Of a stretch of DNA of 24,189 nucleotides, positions 17,219-24,189 are shown one piece after another. Source of the DNA: a virus (Duplodnaviria > Caudoviricetes); the IMG/VR virus record IMGVR_UViG_3300025267_000121, positions 1 to 24,189 of that record, one strand, 5' to 3'. The translations under genes were made by a program, and so were the position numbers. The notes under the pieces were generated by a model. It was not told the origin of the DNA, did no database searches, and saw only the letters and a program-made list of their open reading frames with translations. The number at the start of each line of letters is the position of its first letter. The first letter of the stretch is position 1.

Positions 17219-17809
17219 ATGTCTGCACGATCTACACATTATGTCAATAACAAAGATTTCTTAGCGGCGTTGAAGGTTTTTAAACGAGCGTGGAATAAAG
17301 CGAAACGAGAAAAAACTGAATCACCTGTCATTCCGGAATATCTTGGTGAGTGTTTCCTCAAAATTGCTGAACACTTGTCGTATAAACCGAACTTCATCAA
17401 TTATATTTTCCGTGAAGAAATGATTTGTGATGGTGTGGAAAACTGTGTCCAGTATATGCACAACTTCAATCCACGAAAGTCTGAGAACCCATTTGCCTAT
17501 TTCACCCAAATCATTTATTATGCTTTCTTACGGCGTATTCAGAAAGAAAAGAAGCAACTCTATATTAAAATGAAATCGATTGAGAAGTCTGGAATTTTGG
17601 AACACATCAAGGAATATGATACACAAGACCAAGATGATAAAGAATATAAGAATGCTTATTTGGACTACTTGAGAGAGAACCTCACCGATTTAGAGGCGTT
17701 TTTTGAACGTAAACGAAACTACTATGATAAGAAGCCCCCGAAGGGGTTAGAATCATTTATGAGGGATTTAGATGGAGTGGCAACGGCGCAAAAAACATCG
17801 AAAGCGTGA
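17219..17809 (+). CDS. gp55: Late transcription sigma factor (T4 gp55-like)
   Basis: HYVNNKDFL, YLGECFLKIAEHLSYKPNFINY, DGVENC..Y..NFNP.KS.NPFAYFTQIIYYAFLRRIQKEKKQ; GAGGTG RBS. Confidence 0.96.
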   Translation: MSARSTHYVNNKDFLAALKVFKRAWNKAKREKTESPVIPEYLGECFLKIAEHLSYKPNFINYIFREEMICDGVENCVQYMHNFNPRKSENPFAYFTQIIYYAFLRRIQKEKKQLYIKMKSIEKSGILEHIKEYDTQDQDDKEYKNAYLDYLRENLTDLEAFFERKRNYYDKKPPKGLESFMRDLDGVATAQKTSKA

Positions 17810-17984
17810 AACAGTTTTTCTTTGTCCATATTGTGAAGATGAAGAAACATGGATACGAATCCGTGAGGCTGAATTGCACACATGGGTCGATCACCGTATT
17901 TTGATGGATGTGGTTGATCTTGCAAAAATCTATCGGCGTATGTTTGATGAACCGTTACCATTGAAGAAAGTGATAATAGAATGA
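17772..17984 (+). CDS. Small hypothetical protein with CxxC motif
   Basis: GAGGG RBS before the ATG, basic N-terminus, CPYC motif, ATGA overlap with gp47; fills the gp55-gp47 gap. Confidence 0.55.
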   Translation: MEWQRRKKHRKRETVFLCPYCEDEETWIRIREAELHTWVDHRILMDVVDLAKIYRRMFDEPLPLKKVIIE

Positions 17985-19051
17985 AAATTGCTTTGATTAA
18001 CGATACGCATTTTGGTGCTCGCCAAGATTCGTCTGCGTTCCATGATTACTTTATGAAGTTTTATAACAATGTCTTTTTCCCTTACCTCGAAGAACACCAA
18101 ATCAAAACAGTCGTGCATTTGGGTGATGTCGTTGAACGCCGCAAGTTTATTAACTTCAATATTCTGAGAAAGTTGCGAGCAGGGTTTGTCTTTCGTTTAG
18201 GGTTGATGAATGTTGATACGCATATTATTATTGGGAATCACGATACTTATTGGAAGAACACCAATTCTGTCAATTCGATGGAAGAACTATTCACGACATT
18301 TGATGGGTCACATGAACCTTGGATTTATTCTCAACCGAAAGTTGTGAACTTTGATGGACTTGATGTGTTAATGATGCCGTGGATCAATTCAGACAATCAA
18401 GAAGCGTGTGTGAATATGCTTCGCACAACCAAGGCATCTGTGGTGATGGGGCATTTAGAAGTTAAGGGATTTGAAATGTATCGTGGGCATCATAGTGATG
18501 TGGGCCAAGAGATGTCGCACTTCCAACGATTTGATATGGTGATGTCGGGTCACTTCCATCATAAATCAGATAACGGCACCGTCTATTATCTTGGTGCGCC
18601 ATATGAGATTACATGGTCAGACTTCCAAGATAGTCGTGGGTTCCATGTCTTTGATACCGATTCCAGAGAGTTGACAAGAGTAGAAAATCCGTATAGAATG
18701 TTTCATAAGGTGTATTATGATGATAAGGGAAAGTCGGCAAACGAAGTCTTCCCCACATCATATACCGAGTTTCAAGATACTTGCGTGAAAGTCGTGGTGT
18801 TAAATAAAACGCAACCGAAGTTGTTTGATGAGCTATTAGATAAACTGTATAAACAGAACCCGATTGATCTGTCGATTGTCGAAGATTTCACCGAGTATGA
18901 TTCGGAAGTCTCTGATGAAGTGTTACAAGCGGAAGACACCTTGACGATCTTAGGGAAGTATGTTGATAATATGGAGTTAGAGATTAAGAAACCCAAACTG
19001 AAAGGCTTGTTGAATACGCTCTATACTGAGGCGATTAACGCTGAATCATAA
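17981..19051 (+). CDS. gp47: Recombination endonuclease subunit (T4 gp47, Mre11/SbcD-like)
   Basis: Metallophosphoesterase motifs DTHFG, HLGD, GNHD, GHLE, SGHFH. Confidence 0.96.
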   Translation: MKIALINDTHFGARQDSSAFHDYFMKFYNNVFFPYLEEHQIKTVVHLGDVVERRKFINFNILRKLRAGFVFRLGLMNVDTHIIIGNHDTYWKNTNSVNSMEELFTTFDGSHEPWIYSQPKVVNFDGLDVLMMPWINSDNQEACVNMLRTTKASVVMGHLEVKGFEMYRGHHSDVGQEMSHFQRFDMVMSGHFHHKSDNGTVYYLGAPYEITWSDFQDSRGFHVFDTDSRELTRVENPYRMFHKVYYDDKGKSANEVFPTSYTEFQDTCVKVVVLNKTQPKLFDELLDKLYKQNPIDLSIVEDFTEYDSEVSDEVLQAEDTLTILGKYVDNMELEIKKPKLKGLLNTLYTEAINAES

Positions 19052-20823
19052 TGATCCGTTTTAAACGTGTTTCTTGGAAAAACTTTCTCTCGACAGGCAA
19101 TCAGCCTATCGAAATCTTTCTTGACCATCGACCCACGACATTGATTGTAGGTCATAATGGGTCGGGGAAATCGACCATTCTTGATGCGCTCACCTTTGGT
19201 CTCTTTGGCAAACCCTTTCGTAAAATCCATAAACCCCAACTATGCAATACGATCAATCAACGTGATTGCCGTGTTGAAGTTGATTTTACGATTGGGACCA
19301 AAGAGTATAAGATTGTCCGTGCGATTAAACCCAACTTGTTTGAGATTTATTGTAATGGGACAAAACTGAATCAAGACCCGAAGGCCAGAGATTATCAAAA
19401 AGACCTTGAACAACAAATTCTCAAATTGAACTTTCGTTCCTTTTCCCAGATTGTCATTCTGGGAAGTTCCTCGTTTGTTCCATTCATGCAACTCTCTCCT
19501 AATCATCGCCGTGAAGTGATTGAAGATTTACTCGACATTCAAATCTTTTCGGTGATGAATGGGTTGCTGAAGGAAAAGTTTGCCAAATTGCGTGATGATA
19601 TACAGGAAACTGAGTATCAAACCAAATTGTTGGGTGAACAGATTACCATGCAAGCTCAATATGTGAAAACGATTAAAGATGACCTTGAAACAAAGTTGAT
19701 TGAAAATAAAGACACGATAGGCCAGAATCAAAATTTGATTACGGTCTATCAAACGGAGATTGAACAACTCAAGACAGAGATTGCCGAGTTGTTGACTAAG
19801 GCGAAGTCTTATGAGAAGTGGAAAGATCGACAAGAACAACTGCGTGAAATTGAAATGAAAATGAAAAGTAACATGAAGCGCAACCAGAAACAACTCTCGT
19901 TTTTATATGAGACCGAGGTGTGCGGAACGTGTGAACAATCGATTGATGAACAGTTTAAAGCTAAGATGACCGAAAAGCGTATGTCAAAGATTCATGAATT
20001 GTCAAACGGATTGACGGTGTTAGGAAGAAAACTTGATACGGTGTTTGAGCATTTGACAGAGTTAGATGCTATTACGACAACAATTCAAGAACGACAATCA
20101 AAGGTGATTGAAAAACAAACATCGATGCAAGCATGTACTGAATATATTAAGAAAGTGGAACGAGAAATATATGATTTAGAACATCGCCATGAATCAGGAG
20201 ACGCCAAAAAAGTTGAAGAATTGACACAAGAAAAGGTTATGGTTGATGCGAAGGTAGACGAATTGAAAGATGATCGTCATTACCATGAGATTGCGAAAGC
20301 GGTCTTACAAGACACAGGTATCAAAACCAAAATCATTCGTCAATATCTTCCTGTAATGAATAAGTTGATTAACAAGTATTTGTCATCGATGGATTTCTTT
20401 GTCAATTTCACCCTCGATGAAAACTTTACTGAAACGATTAAGAGCAGATTCCGTGATGAGTTTAGTTATGCGTCATTCTCTGAAGGTGAGAAGATGCGGA
20501 TTGATTTGTCATTGTTGTTTACATGGCGGGCGATTGCGAAGTTGAAGAATAGTGCGAATACGAATTTGTTGATTCTTGATGAAGTGTTTGATTCGTCACT
20601 TGATGTGGCGGGGACCGATGACTTTTTGAAACTGCTACAATCGTTTGGAAAAGACACCAACATTTTTGTGATTAGTCATAAGGGTGATGTGTTGTTTGAT
20701 AAGTTCCATACCGTGTTGAAGTTTGATAAAGTCAAGAACTTTACACAACTGTCCTTTTTGGGGTTGGGTGATGTGAAGGGTGGTTATAGTGAACCAATGA
20801 AAGATGGTATGTTGAATGTTTGA
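19051..20823 (+). CDS. gp46: Recombination ATPase subunit (T4 gp46, Rad50/SbcC-like)
   Basis: Walker A GHNGSGKST, CGTC zinc hook between coiled coils, signature FSEGEKMRIDL, LILDEVFD, ISHK. Confidence 0.97.
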   Translation: MIRFKRVSWKNFLSTGNQPIEIFLDHRPTTLIVGHNGSGKSTILDALTFGLFGKPFRKIHKPQLCNTINQRDCRVEVDFTIGTKEYKIVRAIKPNLFEIYCNGTKLNQDPKARDYQKDLEQQILKLNFRSFSQIVILGSSSFVPFMQLSPNHRREVIEDLLDIQIFSVMNGLLKEKFAKLRDDIQETEYQTKLLGEQITMQAQYVKTIKDDLETKLIENKDTIGQNQNLITVYQTEIEQLKTEIAELLTKAKSYEKWKDRQEQLREIEMKMKSNMKRNQKQLSFLYETEVCGTCEQSIDEQFKAKMTEKRMSKIHELSNGLTVLGRKLDTVFEHLTELDAITTTIQERQSKVIEKQTSMQACTEYIKKVEREIYDLEHRHESGDAKKVEELTQEKVMVDAKVDELKDDRHYHEIAKAVLQDTGIKTKIIRQYLPVMNKLINKYLSSMDFFVNFTLDENFTETIKSRFRDEFSYASFSEGEKMRIDLSLLFTWRAIAKLKNSANTNLLILDEVFDSSLDVAGTDDFLKLLQSFGKDTNIFVISHKGDVLFDKFHTVLKFDKVKNFTQLSFLGLGDVKGGYSEPMKDGMLNV

Positions 20824-21853
20824 ATCAACGACAATCAATAAAGATAAAATCAAAGATGATGTGAACGAAGCTGTGGTTGAATCGGTCTATCGTGAATGGC
20901 AAGATCGTGGGTTCCCGTATTATCCGACTGATTATGAATGGCGCCTTAAACGGTTTAATGACCTTTTGAAATTTGATAGAAGTGGATTATATAAGCCAGA
21001 AGAAAAAATTGTAGGATCTTCAGCACATGGACTTTCTCTGGCGTGGAGTTATATGCCACATAGTTGGGGTATCAAATGCGGGAACATGCGAACTCCGATA
21101 GAGATATGGAATGATGAAGAACATTTCAAGAAAGGGATTCGTAAAATATTGAGTGGGACATTTTGGGAAAAACGAGAAGCGCATGAAATCACCGCATCAG
21201 ATTTACGAAGTTTGTTACGAAGATATACAGGTACACAAATGGTGTCGAATTTTCGGCCGACAGCAGCAGCGACATTGTATGATAAGTTTCTTGAGAAATC
21301 GTCTCCTTTGTTTGGGACGAAAGCAGGCACCACGTGGGACATGAGTTGTGGGTATGGGGGTCGGCTGTTGGGGTCAATAGCCGCTGGCGTCAACTATATT
21401 GGTACCGACCCTTGTACTGAAACATTCAAAGGTCTTGAGCAAATACGAGATGAATGGAAACTGCCTCATCAAACGGTTGAGTTGCATAAATTAGGAAGTG
21501 AAGTGTTCCGCCCAGATAAGAATAGTGTAGATTTGTGTTTTACCTCTCCTCCCTATTTTGATTGGGAAAAATATTCTGATGAAGATTCCCAGAGTTATAA
21601 GCAGTTCGAGACATCAGAGGCGTGGGTCGAAGGGTTCCTCCGCAAGACGATGGAAAACTGTCATTATGGATTGAAACCTGATGCTGTGTTAGTGATGAAT
21701 GTAGCGAATACGAAACGTATCAAAAACTTTGAGCCTGAAACGTTGAGATTAGGAAAAGAAATAGGGATGAAGCATGTGGATACGTGGTATCTTCAACTGT
21801 CTTCCCAACAAGGTAAGATTAAAACTGAACCGATGTTTATATTTAAAAAATGA
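20816..21853 (+). CDS. SAM-dependent amino (N4-C/N6-A type) DNA methyltransferase-like protein
   Basis: SAM-binding motif I WDMSCGYGGRL precedes catalytic motif IV DLCFTSPPYF. Confidence 0.82.
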   Translation: MFESTTINKDKIKDDVNEAVVESVYREWQDRGFPYYPTDYEWRLKRFNDLLKFDRSGLYKPEEKIVGSSAHGLSLAWSYMPHSWGIKCGNMRTPIEIWNDEEHFKKGIRKILSGTFWEKREAHEITASDLRSLLRRYTGTQMVSNFRPTAAATLYDKFLEKSSPLFGTKAGTTWDMSCGYGGRLLGSIAAGVNYIGTDPCTETFKGLEQIRDEWKLPHQTVELHKLGSEVFRPDKNSVDLCFTSPPYFDWEKYSDEDSQSYKQFETSEAWVEGFLRKTMENCHYGLKPDAVLVMNVANTKRIKNFEPETLRLGKEIGMKHVDTWYLQLSSQQGKIKTEPMFIFKK

Positions 21854-22983
21854 AAGACTGGCAAAAAAATATTCCCCTTGATACTCTCTTAGAGTTAGAA
21901 CAGCTGTGGGAAGGGTATAATCAACGGACTTTATCTCCGTTTCTCGAAATGAAAAAACATACGATTGCGAGGACATTAAGTGAAGGTACCTATACTTATG
22001 GGAAAACTTGGGCGATGGTGAGTCGTGTAAGTAAATCAAAAACCCAATTTAATATGTATTCGGCGTATAAGATACCAATAGCGACTATTGTACCAGATGA
22101 TTGTATTGTTGAGAAAATTGCATATACAGATTCACAGGAGATGATTAAAGCTTTGAATACACAAACTGAGAATGTCTATTTGTTGATAAATGAAGAACAT
22201 CAGCTTGATCGAGAAGTAGCAACAACGGCTGGGTTTTGTAAAGTTGGTATTAAGATCAATACATTTGGTGATATTCAAGGTCTGTATTTTCGGGACAAGC
22301 AACCTTCGTTAGCGTTTGGTGGTCGAGAATTTCCTGAACAACTAGATTTGCTTCCTGAGGAGAAATTGGTGTTGACGAAAGCAAAACTTTCTGATGTAAC
22401 GGAGTCATGTCAGTTAATCTATCAACGATTGTGTGATTTTGATTATACATTTACAAACCACTATTCTAACTATAATAAAGATAAATCATGGAGTGCGATT
22501 TCTTTGCGTGGGTATACAGCTGATGGTAGTTTTATTACGAAACCCGCAGAGATGAGTAAGGCGTGGAAAGAGAAACACAAAGATGAAGTGTTTGAGTTGC
22601 AAGATACTCCACTTCGGGAAAAGTTTCCTGAGGTTGAACACCTTATTCGTTTGTTGCCTGGTTTACCACACCGTATACGATTTATGAATTTGAAACCAGG
22701 AGGGGGAGAATTGCAACGACACACCGATCAAGTTGATCCAGATGCAGGTGTAATAGATAAAAAATTGATGCGATTTCATTTTCCTATAGTGACAAACCCA
22801 GATGTGATTTTTAATCAATGGGATTGGAATGCAAATTTGGTTAAAGTACATATGCGAGTTGGTGAATGTTGGTATATTGATGTACGCAAACCACACCGTG
22901 CGATCAATGGTGGTACTGAGATGCGAACTCATTTAGTTATTGATGTGGAAGCTAATAAGGAGGTAAGATCATTGATATGTTGA
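21850..22983 (+). CDS. 2-oxoglutarate/Fe(II) oxygenase (Asp/Asn beta-hydroxylase-like C-domain) with a possible degenerate GNAT-like N-domain
   Basis: RIRFMNLKPGG...HTD...RFHFPIVTN...GECWYID.RKPH.AINGG..MR.HLVID gives HxD...H...R. The N-domain segment VYLLINEEH...AGFCKVG resembles a GNAT C-terminal motif. Confidence 0.78.
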   Translation: MKDWQKNIPLDTLLELEQLWEGYNQRTLSPFLEMKKHTIARTLSEGTYTYGKTWAMVSRVSKSKTQFNMYSAYKIPIATIVPDDCIVEKIAYTDSQEMIKALNTQTENVYLLINEEHQLDREVATTAGFCKVGIKINTFGDIQGLYFRDKQPSLAFGGREFPEQLDLLPEEKLVLTKAKLSDVTESCQLIYQRLCDFDYTFTNHYSNYNKDKSWSAISLRGYTADGSFITKPAEMSKAWKEKHKDEVFELQDTPLREKFPEVEHLIRLLPGLPHRIRFMNLKPGGGELQRHTDQVDPDAGVIDKKLMRFHFPIVTNPDVIFNQWDWNANLVKVHMRVGECWYIDVRKPHRAINGGTEMRTHLVIDVEANKEVRSLIC

Positions 22984-23852
22984 CACCTGTAGATTATCGT
23001 GAAGGAATATATTGGAAACGAGATGACTTGTTTCGACCGTTTGGTGAATATCATGTTAATGGTGGAAAAGTTCGTCAAGCGATACAGTTGTTTGAAACGA
23101 AAATTGATGAGATTCGTTCTCGTCATAATAATGGTGTGATTACTGCAGCGTCAGTCCATTCACCACAATCAGCGAATATTGGGAAAGTGGCACAACTGTA
23201 TGGTGTTCTCTGTATTGCTGCCGTCGGTGGAACAAAACCTGAAAATTTAGATAAGTTACCAATGATGCGATTGACTCAGTATTATGGAGCATCAATTCGT
23301 ATTGTAGCAGGTCATGGTATGTCACCGGTTATTCATGCAAGGATGCGTGATATTGCAAAAGAAACAGGGTATCTACCTATTGAGATGGGTGAGTTGATGG
23401 AGACTAACCCTAAAGAAATTTTTGAAACAACTGCTGCACAAGTAGAAAATATTCCAGATGAATTAGACAATCTGATTATTCCTACAGGAGTGGCCATTCA
23501 AACAACAGGAATTCTTATTGGACTGAAACGATATAAGAAGAAGGTGAAGCGTATTGTTTGTGTATGTGTTGGTCCGACCAGAGAAAAGAAAATTCATGGG
23601 TATTTTAAAGATGTCTATGGTGATATAACTGAGAACTATCATCCATTTGAAATGGTGGCCCACCCAGCACCGTATGCAAAATCATTTCATTTTAAAATTG
23701 AGGGTGAATATATGGATGATATATATGAAGGTAAAGCGTATGATTGGTTGGTAAAGAATATTGATTATAAGAAAGAAAAAACGATGATGTGGTTGGTGGG
23801 TAAACGTCCACGACCAGAAGATATTAACTATATGATGGAACATAAATTATGA
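22977..23852 (+). CDS. PLP-dependent enzyme, fold type II (ACC deaminase / D-cysteine desulfhydrase-like)
   Basis: LTPV....IYWKRDDL....NGGKVRQ carries the PLP lysine position; LIIPTG loop; DDIYEGKA corresponds to the family DPVYTGKA motif. Confidence 0.8.
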   Translation: MLTPVDYREGIYWKRDDLFRPFGEYHVNGGKVRQAIQLFETKIDEIRSRHNNGVITAASVHSPQSANIGKVAQLYGVLCIAAVGGTKPENLDKLPMMRLTQYYGASIRIVAGHGMSPVIHARMRDIAKETGYLPIEMGELMETNPKEIFETTAAQVENIPDELDNLIIPTGVAIQTTGILIGLKRYKKKVKRIVCVCVGPTREKKIHGYFKDVYGDITENYHPFEMVAHPAPYAKSFHFKIEGEYMDDIYEGKAYDWLVKNIDYKKEKTMMWLVGKRPRPEDINYMMEHKL

Positions 23853-24189
23853 GACATGCAACTCTTGAAGATTTTGACAAATTGAAATCCGTTTTCAAAC
23901 AACACCGTGATGTGTTTCCTTATTTGAGGTTTGATGGATTAAAAGTAAAGATTGAGACAGGCAAAGTGATTTATGATAAGGGTGTGATTATTACTTATAA
24001 TCGGTATCAACGAAAACAAAAGTTAGGACAAAAGTGTATTGCTGAGAAAGGCGATATTGTTGTACAGGAAATTGTTAAAGAAGAAGGTGGCCACCCACAG
24101 GATGTTTGGTCACAATTTGTAAAGTATGTTGATTCCCCAATATGGTTGACCGTTAGGCGGGATAATTATCGGGCTAAACAGTTTTATGA
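23849..24189 (+). CDS. GNAT-family acetyltransferase-like protein, 3'-truncated by the window edge (absent from the ORF track)
   Basis: My translation from the ATGA overlap: MRHATLEDFDKLKSVFKQHRDVFPYLRFD...GDIVVQEIVK...PIWLTVRRDNYRAKQFY. It shows the GNAT N-terminal R.AT.ED and C-terminal L.V..DN.RA..FY motifs and is open to the window end. Confidence 0.75.
   Translation, partial: MRHATLEDFDKLKSVFKQHRDVFPYLRFDGLKVKIETGKVIYDKGVIITYNRYQRKQKLGQKCIAEKGDIVVQEIVKEEGGHPQDVWSQFVKYVDSPIWLTVRRDNYRAKQFY

Noticed and set aside
20816-21853. Methyltransferase as part of a restriction-modification system
   Set aside because: No adjacent restriction endonuclease-like gene is visible; the neighbours are tailoring enzymes.

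Overview
A gene-dense, entirely plus-strand segment of a T4-like (Exo-T-even/cyanomyovirus-type gene order) myophage genome. It runs from two paralogous tail-fibre/adhesin-like genes through the packaging, tail and head core (gp16, gp17, gp18, gp19, gp20, gp67-like, gp21, gp22, gp23, gp3). It then crosses into the recombination/transcription block: uvsY, uvsW, an SprT-like protease, a transaldolase auxiliary metabolic gene, the gp55 late sigma factor, gp47 and gp46. Four TATAAATA late promoters, two terminator-like hairpins and a near-consensus sigma70 promoter inside gp3 are visible. Two items stand out. (1) A translationally coupled cassette after gp46 encodes an amino-type methyltransferase, a 2OG-Fe(II) oxygenase with a GNAT-like N-domain, a fold-II PLP enzyme and a GNAT; it is a candidate DNA hypermodification pathway. 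(2) A sigma70-type promoter directly upstream of gp55 points away from gp55 and is bracketed by 7-bp inverted repeats, so inverting it would aim it at the gp55 ribosome-binding site. All calls rest on motif recognition and synteny; no database searches were run and the host cannot be determined from this window.
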